The position numbers and the translations under genes were made by a program. A stretch of 64,000 nt of DNA, from the NCBI GenBank assembly GCA_965230295.1, contig OZ246001.1, positions 192,001 through 256,000 of the forward strand. The letters run 5' to 3'. The notes under the pieces are model-generated. The model saw only the letters and a list, made by a program, of their open reading frames with translations, did no database searches and was not told the origin of the DNA. Source of the DNA: Marinicella sp. Lineage in GTDB: Bacteria > Pseudomonadota > Gammaproteobacteria > Xanthomonadales > Marinicellaceae. Each line of letters starts with the position of its first letter. Position 1 is the first letter of the stretch. Below are positions 1 through 9,774 of this stretch, piece by piece.

Positions 1-139
1 CCATAAATAACCCTGATTATTGACTGATGGGACGATCTGCCACGTGTAAAAAAATGTGGGCAGTTCGATCCGAGCCAGTTGTTGTATGATTGGGGCCCAA
101 ACCCTTAGGGCCCTCAGCAAATCCTATCCCAATTTATGT

Positions 140-2143
140 TCAGCTGTTTTCGCTGTCATCATCATTGCGCGATAATTTTTTAATCATCTGGGTGATCGCC
201 TCTTTGTCAAACTTCTGTCCGGCACCCAGGCTCATCACCTTGCTGACCGCAGCTTGTAAAATGTCACTTTTACCGATCGCACCATCAACCGCTTTACCAA
301 CGGCCAATGAACTCATGAATTTCTCCAAGAAGTCACCGTTACCACCCACAATGTCGATGTTGGCTTCTTTCAAGGCTTCAGCCAAGACCCTGGCTTGGGT
401 TTCAGCAATGCCCGTATTGGCTTCAATGGCTTTCATGTTCTCAACATGAGACATGTCTAAGCCCATGCGGAATTCTTCGTGTTCACGCACGGTGTCATCC
501 ATGGTTGATAAGGCAGCAAATTTCTCTTTCAAACCACGGGCTTCAGCAGCGTAACGTTCTTCAATGGCTTGTGCTTCTGCCACTTTGATCTTCACGGCCA
601 CCATGGCTTGTTGTTCTTCACCTTGTGCATCGGCTTCTTTCACCCGCACATTGGCCATGCCAATTTCTTCGGCACCCACCGCTTCGGCTTTGAATTTAAG
701 GGCCATGACCTCAGCTTCTGCTTCACCTTGTTTTTGTTGGGCATCGGCTTTGGCTTCTATCACTTTGGCTTCAGCCAAACCACTGGCGGCCACTTCTTCC
801 CGCACACCTTCAGCCAAACGAATCTTGGCATCGGCTTCTTTAGAGGCAGCTTCACGTTCTGCTTCAGCCATGGTGATGCGCTCGTTAGCACGGTGCTTGG
901 CTGTGGTTTCCTGGGCTTCGGCTGCCTTGATCTCTTTGATCAATTCTTGTTCAGCCAAAGCTTCTGCTGCGATCACTTGCGCTTGTTTGGTGCGTTTGGC
1001 TTCTTCTACCACACGCAGTTCATTGATCTGCTCTTCTTGTTCTGCCACAGTTTTTTCAACTGCAATGCGTTCACGAACCACATCGGCAATGTTCTTTTTC
1101 TCCACTTCGATGTCTTTTTCTTTGTTGATTTCTTGCAATGAAACTTCTCGTTCCCTGCCAACCACTTCCAGCTGTCTGACTTTGGTGACCTTCTCTTCTT
1201 CGATCGCCACAGCGCGCATGCGGTTGTTGGCAGCGACTTCGATTTCTCGGCGTTTGTTCTCTTCCATCACCATCACTTCTTGCTCTGTGGCGATCCTGGC
1301 TGCTTCAGATTTCAAGCGCTCTTCACTTTCAATCTTTTCTTTTTCAGCCTGCTCTCTGGCAACCACGGTGGCAATTTCACGTTGTTGCTTGGCTTCGGCA
1401 TCGGCCTCAATGCGTTCTAACTCAAGGATTCGCTCCCTGGCTTCCACATCCCGTTTCTTGATCTTGGTTTCTTCTTCACGTTCAAATTCATTGGTCAGAA
1501 TTTTCTGCTTGGCCGTCAACTCAGTGATTTTGCGAATACCTTGGGCATCCAGAATATTGTTTTCGTCCAAGGAAGAAATCGGCGTTTGTTCCAGATAATC
1601 AATGGCGGCATCTTCCAAAACATAGCCATTGAGGTCTTTACCAATCACTTGAATGATTTCATCACGGAACCGATCACGCTCTTCATACAACTCTTCAAAC
1701 TCCAGTTTCTTACCGACTGTTTTCAAAGCTTCAGAAAATTTGGCACTGAATAACTCTTCAATGGTGGCCTGCTTTGACGCCCGTTCACAACCAATGGCTT
1801 GGGCCACTTTCAGCACGTCTTCTTTGGTCTTGTTGACCCGCACAAAGAAGGTCACTTTGATGTCAGCCCGGATGTTGTCTTTACAAATCAAGCCATCTTG
1901 CGCCCGGCGATCAATCTCAATGGTTTTCAAAGAAATGTTCATGAACTCCTTTTTATGTATCACTGGCCACACCGTACGACCAGTGAACGTCACTTCCGGG
2001 ACTTCTTTCATCGTGTTCACGATCATGGCCTGACCTTGTTCTACTTTCTGGTAGAACTTCATCACAATCAATGCCAACCCAATCAGGGCCAGCACCACCA
2101 CACCTGCATAGGTCGCTATGGCTATTAATAAATCACTGTTCAT
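140..2143 (-). CDS. Flotillin/SPFH (band 7) family membrane protein, YqiK-like
   Basis: N-terminal TM helix, SPFH core (GLICKDNIRADIKVTFFVRV), long AEA-rich coiled coil; lies downstream of a YqiJ-like gene. Confidence 0.9.
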   Translation of the reverse strand: MNSDLLIAIATYAGVVVLALIGLALIVMKFYQKVEQGQAMIVNTMKEVPEVTFTGRTVWPVIHKKEFMNISLKTIEIDRRAQDGLICKDNIRADIKVTFFVRVNKTKEDVLKVAQAIGCERASKQATIEELFSAKFSEALKTVGKKLEFEELYEERDRFRDEIIQVIGKDLNGYVLEDAAIDYLEQTPISSLDENNILDAQGIRKITELTAKQKILTNEFEREEETKIKKRDVEARERILELERIEADAEAKQQREIATVVAREQAEKEKIESEERLKSEAARIATEQEVMVMEENKRREIEVAANNRMRAVAIEEEKVTKVRQLEVVGREREVSLQEINKEKDIEVEKKNIADVVRERIAVEKTVAEQEEQINELRVVEEAKRTKQAQVIAAEALAEQELIKEIKAAEAQETTAKHRANERITMAEAEREAASKEADAKIRLAEGVREEVAASGLAEAKVIEAKADAQQKQGEAEAEVMALKFKAEAVGAEEIGMANVRVKEADAQGEEQQAMVAVKIKVAEAQAIEERYAAEARGLKEKFAALSTMDDTVREHEEFRMGLDMSHVENMKAIEANTGIAETQARVLAEALKEANIDIVGGNGDFLEKFMSSLAVGKAVDGAIGKSDILQAAVSKVMSLGAGQKFDKEAITQMIKKLSRNDDDSENS

Positions 2144-2243
2144 TGTTTTTTTTCTCCATTATCAGTCTCTGCTATATGTCCACAACCGGAGTTGTTTATA
2201 CCTGTTTTTTTTACCTTGAGAATCATGCCAAGGCAACCATTCT

Positions 2244-2969
2244 TTAATTCAATTCTGTGGATTTGATGACCCAATAACTGCCATCATCTTCATTGTATGT
2301 TTTGAGTATGACCAAATCACCTTTGCTGATGTCGTCTGATTCTTTTGCCCTCACATCAAACAACATGCCGGCTCCACCATCATCGTACTCGGCCTGGCCG
2401 AATGATTCATTCACTGAACCCGTTTTGACCATACACTCACAACCAATGAATGAAGCTTTGGTTTTGGCAGTGTAGGATACAAAAGCGCTTTTTAAGGGTT
2501 TGATGAACTGTGCAGTCACGGGAATGGCTAAACCAAAACTGACCACCAACAATGCCGCTCCAATCAACCATTTTAGCAAGGCCAACGGCACCAATGGCAT
2601 CAGTAATGAAACCAAAATGTAACTGATCAGCCAAGCCGAAGCCACCAAAATTGAAACAACCACAGTGACCGGCACACCAGTCAACCCCCACTTCAACATA
2701 AAGCCCGTGATGCCCCTGAGGCTTTCCGGATCAAAATCAGGGTCAACAGTGGCCCCAACATCGGCGCCCACATCGGTATCAATGTCGACATCAACGTCGA
2801 CATCAACGTCGACATCAACGTCAACATCAAGGTCTATGTCAGCATCGAACATGTCGACATCAACGGCCCCCAACATCGCCAACAACCAATAGACAATAAT
2901 GATTGCCAGTAAAAAAGTGAAAACCACCACTGGAAAACTTGTTATATTAACTAAGAAAACGTCCATCAC
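2244..2969 (-). CDS. YqiJ/NfeD-like membrane protein (flotillin partner) with an acidic (DV)n linker
   Basis: TM helices, GLTGVPVTVV motif, C-terminal OB-like region (FGQAEYDDGGAGMLFDVRA). Confidence 0.8.
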   Translation of the reverse strand: MMDVFLVNITSFPVVVFTFLLAIIIVYWLLAMLGAVDVDMFDADIDLDVDVDVDVDVDVDVDIDTDVGADVGATVDPDFDPESLRGITGFMLKWGLTGVPVTVVVSILVASAWLISYILVSLLMPLVPLALLKWLIGAALLVVSFGLAIPVTAQFIKPLKSAFVSYTAKTKASFIGCECMVKTGSVNESFGQAEYDDGGAGMLFDVRAKESDDISKGDLVILKTYNEDDGSYWVIKSTELN

Positions 2970-3310
2970 AGCTCCTTATCATCTGTATTCCTGACGTGCT
3001 CAATGAGTTTCTCAGCAGCACGTCTTTTGACCTCAACGGGGTCATTGGTTTCTAGTTTATAGGCATCGGCTAAAAATGCCATGTCATCATCGGACAGTGA
3101 GATCGATAAACGCAAACGCTTGGGTTTCCGTGATACCTTCAGTCCCAAAATTTGTCTGATGCGGTCTGATGGGTTGATGCTGCGATCCAGTGCTTCTTTG
3201 CGGATCACATATTGGATTTTCTCACCCACATCAAAAGCCACCTGTGTGGCTTTAACGGCTTTTTTCTCAGCCGCCCATTTATTCAATATTTTTTGTTTTT
3301 TATCAGTCAT
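2966..3310 (-). CDS. Small conserved hypothetical protein, possible ribbon-helix-helix DNA-binding regulator
   Basis: Basic 114-aa ORF inside the operon; RLRLSISLSDDDMAFLADAY resembles an RHH strand-helix; overlaps the start of the next gene. Confidence 0.6.
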   Translation of the reverse strand: MTDKKQKILNKWAAEKKAVKATQVAFDVGEKIQYVIRKEALDRSINPSDRIRQILGLKVSRKPKRLRLSISLSDDDMAFLADAYKLETNDPVEVKRRAAEKLIEHVRNTDDKEL

Positions 3311-3751
3311 GCAGCCGATCAATCCTTGTCAATGATCCATATCAACACATCCGCTGCATGGTCCTTTGCCTGATAATAAACTGTCTGTTCTTGTTTCATT
3401 TTTTTCATTCTTTTTGTTTTAAGTTTGCAGCAGATGGTCCTTGTCAACCATCCCTATCAACACACCTGCTGCACCTTCCTTGACCCGATCCTCACCTTAA
3501 TATTTGGTCATTTTATTTTTCTCGTCCTGTCATTCATTTTTGAGCTGTTTACCAGCTCATAACTTGCTCCTGGTTGGTTCGGCTCAGCCGAATCAGAAGG
3601 TACAAGCCTGAAGTTCAAAGCCATACTCGCTGTGGTCGCTTGCAAATTGGCCTCTGGCTCATTTGAATGATGACCCAAGAGCATTCCAATATCCGCAGCA
3701 GATCATTCCTTGTCAACGATCCGTTTCAACACATCTGCTGCGCCTTCCTTG
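3311..3751 (-). repeat. Three degenerate ~57-bp hairpin repeats (3311-3370, 3427-3482, 3695-3751) matching the pspA 3' end
   Basis: Plus-strand consensus GCAGCAGAT..TCCTTGTCAA.GATCC.T.TCAACACATCTGCTGC; terminal 9-bp inverted repeat; ANGGA motifs on the minus strand. Confidence 0.8.
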
Positions 3752-4410
3752 CTACTTTTGGTTACCTTTTCTTGTGGTTCTTCCAACGCTTTGTTTGGAT
3801 CACCATACATCGATTCATCCACTTCATATTGTTCATCAATTTGTTGTTGTTTTTTACGGATCCGCTCCAGGGCCCGTTTGGCTGATAACATCTTGGCATC
3901 GGCTTGACTGAAGCTTTTGGTGATCACATCAGTGGCCTTTTGTATGTCCTCTGTGGTTTGCACCATGGCCATTTGTCGTTCTAAATCCTTCAGCGTACGT
4001 TCGGCATTTTCTAAACGTCTGGTCAAGTGTCCTAAATGCAGCTCATGCGACTTCAAAATGGTCAATTCAGCTGCCTGATCCTGTTCTAACTCAACCATTT
4101 CTGTTGCCAGGTTAAAAGCCAAATCTTCATCATTTCTACTCAGCGCTTCTATGATCAGTTGTTCCTGCTGGTTCACCCGGTCATTGAGTATTTTCACTTT
4201 CCTTGAACTCTGCAATTCTTTGGCCAGTTCATCAGTGATCGCACTTTTGGCTTGCCGCAAATTTTCTTTGGACACCTCTATTTGTTTTTCATAAAGGCGA
4301 CTACCACTCGAATCCATGACTGCTTCACTCAACGCCCTGGAATCATCTCTAATGACCGTGATGATTTTCTCCAGAATGTTTTTGCCAACACTTTTTTTGT
4401 CGTCACTCAT
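3703..4410 (-). CDS. PspA/IM30 family protein
   Basis: 235-aa coiled coil starting ILEKIITVIR and ending AADVLKRI, as typical of PspA/YjfJ; adjacent to a YjfI-like gene. Confidence 0.8.
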   Translation of the reverse strand: MSDDKKSVGKNILEKIITVIRDDSRALSEAVMDSSGSRLYEKQIEVSKENLRQAKSAITDELAKELQSSRKVKILNDRVNQQEQLIIEALSRNDEDLAFNLATEMVELEQDQAAELTILKSHELHLGHLTRRLENAERTLKDLERQMAMVQTTEDIQKATDVITKSFSQADAKMLSAKRALERIRKKQQQIDEQYEVDESMYGDPNKALEEPQEKVTKSSKEGAADVLKRIVDKE

Positions 4411-4814
4411 TGCAAAAAGTCCTCCATGGCTGATACCACATCTACAGCGTTTTCATTCAACATAACCACTTCTTCCACCACTTTGTCTAATTCCGAGCTC
4501 ACCGACAACGCCCCAAACAAAACATACCGGTCACCGACCCTGGCATATGACGACAGCGGAATTGAAATACTGGTGTCCAACATCATTTCCAACATTTCAG
4601 TGCGGCTCTCTGCTTTGATCTCATCTTCAGCCCATAAATAGACGATACACATAATTTGAAATTGAGTTTGGGTAATAAATACAGGGAAGCCATCGAATCC
4701 ATTCATTTCTACCTGCAACACCTCCACTTCTCCTGTGATCCTTTGACAGTCAAATGTAAATCCTTCTGCTGTCCGATGTTGAGATAATTTGATGGCTAAA
4801 TCCTCTGTATTCAT
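4407..4814 (-). CDS. YjfI (DUF2170) family protein
   Basis: IPLSSYARVGDRYVLFGALS motif; directly upstream of pspA. Confidence 0.8.
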   Translation of the reverse strand: MNTEDLAIKLSQHRTAEGFTFDCQRITGEVEVLQVEMNGFDGFPVFITQTQFQIMCIVYLWAEDEIKAESRTEMLEMMLDTSISIPLSSYARVGDRYVLFGALSVSSELDKVVEEVVMLNENAVDVVSAMEDFLQ

Positions 4815-4849
4815 ATCTTTCTGCTCTCCTTCATATGCTCAATGCATGA

Positions 4850-4883
4850 TGACATAATATGTCACAATGACATAATATGTCAA
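4850..4883. promoter_or_regulatory. Tandem palindromic operator TGACAT-AAT-ATGTCA x2 overlapping a putative sigma70 promoter of the psp operon
   Basis: Exact 15-bp copies at 4850-4864 and 4868-4882; minus-strand TTGACA at 4883-4878. Confidence 0.7.
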
Positions 4884-5021
4884 TATGCATGAAGTCATAG
4901 TTGCACAATCATTAAATCACTTAATGAACAGTAAACAGTTGAAATAAAACCCCTATCTATTTGTTTTAAAAGACATTTTAATGGTTTCATACCTACTTGC
5001 TGTCCTTAATTAATTGTTAGG

Positions 5022-5999
5022 TTATCGTTTTTTAAAGTCCATTTCTTGCAAGGCAGATGCAGAATCTAGACTCACCTGTTGCATGTGTTCAAGTGTTTGA
5101 TCAATCAATCTTTTGGCTTGTCGCAGCTTTTCAGTATCGACCCCTACCTGTTTACCCAGTTTTTGATTTTTTTGATTGTTGTTGACCATAGCCACACCAG
5201 CAGCCACATCTATTGCTGCAGTGGTGGTCATGACTGTCTGATCAATGTCTCGAATTAATGATTGGTTTTGCTTGATGATCAACTCAATGGTCATCACCGC
5301 CTGTCTGGCAATCAAGATTTGCTGTTGTAAATCCATCATGCGTTGTTGGACAGGACCCAACAATTCATTGTCTATCATGGCCATGAGGTCAGCATTGATG
5401 GCACTTTTTCTACCATTTAGCTTCAGCGTTTGTTCTAAAAGTGATGCGAAGTCATAACTAAGAACCAGCTTGTTTAAGCCAGCTGTTAAGGATTCATGAT
5501 CACCTGATAGGATGTGATTATCACGTTTTAGCTGTTTTTTTTCTGCCTTCAGTTGACCCGTTAATTCAACCATGTTTTTTCGTTTTCCTGGAAAGCCATC
5601 CAACCACATCTGGTAAGCAGATTCGCGCCATGAAAACAACAACATGAACCGCTCTTTCCAACTCAATCTCTTGTTGGGTGGTTGCATATCGGCCACTTGT
5701 TGTGACAACTTCTCTAATAATTGAGATACCTGGCCACCGGCATCGATGTCTGCCATCAACTGTTGTAAAGGCTGAATCAATCGATTGTTCAAGCGCCAAT
5801 AATCGGTTTGCTCTTGGGCACCTAACTCAAATAAAGCATTCCTGACTTGATCCACCAACTTCAAATCTTGTGGATCAATGGCCAACAACCAATTGGTCAG
5901 TTGATCAGCAGCTTTTTGTAAGTACCCTTCGGATTCCTTGCTGATCATTTCATGGTTGAGGGTACTCAGTCGCTGAAGTTGATCAAGAGATGTCGACAT
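5022..5999 (-). CDS. Toxic anion resistance (TelA/KlaA-like) coiled-coil protein
   Basis: QRMMDLQQQILIARQAVMTIELIIKQNQSLIRDID resembles the TelA family. Confidence 0.65.
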   Translation of the reverse strand: MSTSLDQLQRLSTLNHEMISKESEGYLQKAADQLTNWLLAIDPQDLKLVDQVRNALFELGAQEQTDYWRLNNRLIQPLQQLMADIDAGGQVSQLLEKLSQQVADMQPPNKRLSWKERFMLLFSWRESAYQMWLDGFPGKRKNMVELTGQLKAEKKQLKRDNHILSGDHESLTAGLNKLVLSYDFASLLEQTLKLNGRKSAINADLMAMIDNELLGPVQQRMMDLQQQILIARQAVMTIELIIKQNQSLIRDIDQTVMTTTAAIDVAAGVAMVNNNQKNQKLGKQVGVDTEKLRQAKRLIDQTLEHMQQVSLDSASALQEMDFKKR

Positions 6000-6047
6000 G
6001 AATTAAGCTTCCGTTTAATAATGTAAGTATATTATAACAAGCATTAT

Positions 6048-6532
6048 AAGGAATGTTCTTGGGGCTCCATTCTGGTTCATGGTCTGACAGGTCTTCATAT
6101 TTGCTGCGCAAATAAACCGACCTTTACAGACTATTGTCTGAGCAGTTGCTTCGCACTGCATGTCTGTTCCAGACAAAAGTGAAAACGGCCACGGCGAACA
6201 TGACTTGCTTCCTCGCACGCACTGCGGCATTCAAATCGGGCTTCTTTATCTTCGATAAAACCGCCCAACTTTCATTGCCTGTGCTATAACGCCATTCACA
6301 TAAGGCTTCTTGACTTCGTCAAATCGCCATATGCTCATTGGCTATTCTCTTCGCCTCTGATTGGCCTACATGGATGTAGGTCTGCCGCGATAGCAAGGAG
6401 CGATAGCGGCCGCAACATCAATAGCTCACGGCTAATCAATCATTACATCAAGGCTTCTTTGCTTTGCAAAATCGCCATGATTGCATGATTTGCCTAACCG
6501 GCTCGGCGGGTCAAGCTGCTCAGCAGCTTTCC
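6048..6532 (+). repeat. ~485-bp dispersed palindrome-rich non-coding element, copy 1
   Basis: Near-identical to 56789-57338 (inverted) and to both ends of 55801-56036; ends AAGGAATGTTCTTGGGG and AAGCTGCTCAGCAGCTTTCC. Confidence 0.9.
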
Positions 6533-6644
6533 GTTGAGTAGAATTTAAGTCTTCCTGGATGGGCCGCTGTGATTCGTATGATCTTAACATGCACTTAATA
6601 TGTGGATAGGATAATATGGTGAGATAAAAAACATACATAACTGA

Positions 6645-7364
6645 ATGAAACAGACAACCAATCACTATCCATTGCCCAATCGATTGTTGCTGGTTGAAGA
6701 TGAAACAGTGATGGCAAACAACATCATTGGATTTTTAGAAAATGATGGGTTTCAAGTTACACACTGCGTGTCAGGAAAAGAAGGCCTCAAAGTTTTTCAA
6801 GATATACATTTTGATTTGATTATTTTGGATGTGATGTTGCCAGAACTGAATGGACTGGAAATATGTCACCAAATCAGAGCCCAAAGTGATGTACCCATCA
6901 TCATGTTAACGGCCCTATCCGAGCCATATGATGTGGTGAAAGGTTTAGAAGCTGGTGCTGATGATTACATCAAAAAACCTTTCAGTGCCGATGAGTTGAA
7001 TGCACGTGTGATGAGTGCATTAAGAAGAAACACTGGCCTCATGGATCACCAACAACAACATCTGCAGATCGGAGACCTGAAACTGATCATAAACAGCCAA
7101 CAAGTGATGCTTAAAAACCAAACCATTGTTGATTTGACACAAGCTGAATTCTTGCTGCTAAAGACCCTTTGTCATAGACCAGGACAGGTTTTTACCCGAA
7201 ATCAACTCATAGATGCTTGTTTGGGTGAAGATTTCAACGGATTTGACCGAAACATTGATGTTCATATATCTAACTTAAGAAAGAAATTGGGTGAAAGCTC
7301 ACGACACCCCAAACACATCATCACAGAAATAGGCATTGGATACCGTTTGGTGAGCCGTGTATAA
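6645..7364 (+). CDS. OmpR/BaeR family response regulator
   Basis: Receiver motifs (LLVEDE, ILDVMLP, KKPF) plus winged helix (RNIDVHISNLRKKL). Confidence 0.95.
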   Translation: MKQTTNHYPLPNRLLLVEDETVMANNIIGFLENDGFQVTHCVSGKEGLKVFQDIHFDLIILDVMLPELNGLEICHQIRAQSDVPIIMLTALSEPYDVVKGLEAGADDYIKKPFSADELNARVMSALRRNTGLMDHQQQHLQIGDLKLIINSQQVMLKNQTIVDLTQAEFLLLKTLCHRPGQVFTRNQLIDACLGEDFNGFDRNIDVHISNLRKKLGESSRHPKHIITEIGIGYRLVSRV

Positions 7365-8760
7365 AATAAGGGCCAGTCTCATATCCAGAATGGTGTTGAT
7401 GTTATCCCTCATCATCGGCATTGGTTTTTGGATCGGGGTGAAATTGTATGAAAAATCAGTATTCAAAGCGTTCCAAACCACTGTAAAAATTAATGTACAA
7501 AATTTTGCCGAATTATTCACACCATCAGATCGTTTATTGACTCAAATAAACAACCATTATTCAAGCTCTCAATGGAACGACATAAAAACCATCATTGATC
7601 CTTACAAAGGGCAAAGACTGGTCTTGTTTGATCAGGACATGAACTTCATCACAGCAAACCACAGCAGAAAATTTACAGCAAAGATGAAAGAAAAACTGGG
7701 TGCTTATGAAGTATCTTTTACTTTTATGACAAGCGATGGCAGCCAAGAAATTAAGCAATCAAACCATCTACAACCCCATAAATTGGTGTCGGAATCTGGT
7801 GAATTTTACGGGTACTTGGTTTTGCTTCCTGTTCAAGACATATTAATCCACCCCGAAAGCTTTACCAATCAAGTGACCAGTAATGTCTTGTGGCTGCTGT
7901 TCATGCTGTTGGTTACCATCCTTGCTGTTGTGACTTTGTTTTTAAAGTACATTCTGAAACCAGTCAAAGCCCTGAGGGTGGCTTCCATGAAACTTAAACA
8001 AGGTATAACACCCGATCCTGTAAGCTCCAATGGAACGGGTGAAATTGCTGAATTGATTGACGTTTTCAACTCAGCAGTGAAAGAAATGAACCAATCGGCC
8101 AAGATCAGAAAAGAGTTTATCGCTGACATTGCCCATGAGTTCAAAACCCCCATCGCTAATCTCAATGGTAAATTTGAAGCTGCACAAAAGAACATCATCC
8201 CTTTTGATCAAGCCATGTTGAAAACGCTGACACAAGAAGTGTCAAGATTAGAAGTGTTGGTTAATGACTTACAACAACTGGCTGTGGCTGATTCAGGAGA
8301 ATTGCTGTTACAAAAACAAGACACTTACATTTTTGAGTTGATAGAAAACACCATAGGGTTGTGTAATTGGCAATCTGAAGTTAAGTGGGTCAACAACATT
8401 GAAAAAAATTGTGTTCTTAATGTAGACCCTTATCGCTTACAACAAGTCTTTCTCAATTTATTCGAGAATGCCTATAAATATGCCGGACCCAACACCACCA
8501 TCACCGTTCAGCACAACACGGCGAAGGAGCCACACATCATTCAAGTCAAAGACTCTGGATCAGGAATACCCAAGAGTGACATTGAGCAAATATTCAAACG
8601 CTTTTATCGCGCCGACATTCATCGAACAAGCCATTCAACAGGAACTGGTTTGGGGTTGTCGATTTGCCAATCCATCATTCATGCACACTCAGGGTCCATA
8701 CAAGCAACAAATGCCAGCCCAAGTGGATTGATCATAACCATACAGTTACCTCAATCTTAA
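7357..8760 (+). CDS. HAMP sensor histidine kinase (BaeS-like)
   Basis: Two TMs, H-box IAHEFKTP, N-box NLFENAYKY, G boxes DSGSGI and GTGLGL. Confidence 0.95.
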   Translation: MYKIRASLISRMVLMLSLIIGIGFWIGVKLYEKSVFKAFQTTVKINVQNFAELFTPSDRLLTQINNHYSSSQWNDIKTIIDPYKGQRLVLFDQDMNFITANHSRKFTAKMKEKLGAYEVSFTFMTSDGSQEIKQSNHLQPHKLVSESGEFYGYLVLLPVQDILIHPESFTNQVTSNVLWLLFMLLVTILAVVTLFLKYILKPVKALRVASMKLKQGITPDPVSSNGTGEIAELIDVFNSAVKEMNQSAKIRKEFIADIAHEFKTPIANLNGKFEAAQKNIIPFDQAMLKTLTQEVSRLEVLVNDLQQLAVADSGELLLQKQDTYIFELIENTIGLCNWQSEVKWVNNIEKNCVLNVDPYRLQQVFLNLFENAYKYAGPNTTITVQHNTAKEPHIIQVKDSGSGIPKSDIEQIFKRFYRADIHRTSHSTGTGLGLSICQSIIHAHSGSIQATNASPSGLIITIQLPQS

Positions 8761-8817
8761 TACCTCCTTAAAATCACAGTGGCATACTTATGTTTTTTTT
8801 AATTGGAGCTCAATCCT

Positions 8818-9639
8818 ATGCCTCTTCAATATCTAATTGCTTTCTTCACATTGGCTACATTTGTGGTGGAAGCAGAAACAACCACTGACAGTGTTTTGCC
8901 TGCATATACCACACCTGTCTATTCAAGTATGGTGAATACCAATCGCCTCAAACCATTCCATGCCAAATGGATTCAGCAGAAAATAGAAGCTGGGAAAACC
9001 ACGACATTGCCTGTCACTATTGAAGAAAAACTGATTAAAGATGAGCAAGGAAATTGGCAGCACATTCAAGTCATGCATGATGAAGTCAAAGACATGAAAG
9101 TCCATCATACACGTACTTTTGATCAGCAAAGCATGCGGTTTATGACGCAAAAAACCAGGTATGAAAATGCCCCGGAACAAGCGCCTAAATCAGTATCCTA
9201 TGAATTATTCAATAACCGCTTTTCTGGCGAAGTTGTGTCGGCTGACGGGGCATTAAAAAGCATTGAACACCCGCTGAGCATGCCAATGTTTGATGGACAA
9301 ATTGCCGGACTTCCCATTGCATCATTGCCCTTGGAATTGGGAAAAAAATGGTCAATGCCAATGGTCATACCCACCATGAAGTCAGAGTATTGGTTAGAGG
9401 CAACGGTAACTGCCAAAAAACTGATGGCAGCCGAAAATGGTAATGAACTTGAGGTTTGGGTGGTTGATGCCCTTTGGCACAACCTAACCGATGGTGATGT
9501 TTATCCAGCAGGACCCAATAATTCTGGTGGCACCTATTACATCAATGTAGATCAGCAAGCTGGAGAACCTGTAGTGATCGCGTATGCAAACCAAAATGCT
9601 GTGATATTGTGGGATGGTCAAAAACAGCAGCAGCCATGA
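8818..9639 (+). CDS. Exported hypothetical protein, likely a target of the adjacent two-component system
   Basis: Signal peptide-like N-terminus; long ORF downstream of the kinase. Confidence 0.7.
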   Translation: MPLQYLIAFFTLATFVVEAETTTDSVLPAYTTPVYSSMVNTNRLKPFHAKWIQQKIEAGKTTTLPVTIEEKLIKDEQGNWQHIQVMHDEVKDMKVHHTRTFDQQSMRFMTQKTRYENAPEQAPKSVSYELFNNRFSGEVVSADGALKSIEHPLSMPMFDGQIAGLPIASLPLELGKKWSMPMVIPTMKSEYWLEATVTAKKLMAAENGNELEVWVVDALWHNLTDGDVYPAGPNNSGGTYYINVDQQAGEPVVIAYANQNAVILWDGQKQQQP

Positions 9640-9774
9640 ATCTTTTCCGAGCAAAATCTGTAAACAACCTCAGCCCTGCTCATTTTATTTCATTTATCAC
9701 TGATCAATTTAAGACAAATATCGGAATGGCCGCTAAAATCATTCCCATTGAAATTGATTTGATCGAGTTGACCC

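Noticed and set aside
564-1598. Long plus-strand ORFs (344 aa, 190 aa) opposite the flotillin gene
   Set aside because: Antisense shadows of an Ala/Glu-rich coiled-coil gene with no motifs; the same applies to 35433-36203 and other antisense ORFs
3311-3751. DGR template/variable repeat or CRISPR interpretation of the pspA-end repeats
   Set aside because: Differences are not restricted to adenines, spacing is irregular, and no RT or cas gene is in the window
6015-6230. 71-aa ORF and its near-twin at 57138-57398
   Set aside because: Both lie inside the dispersed non-coding repeat with different starts and stops; no transposase motifs
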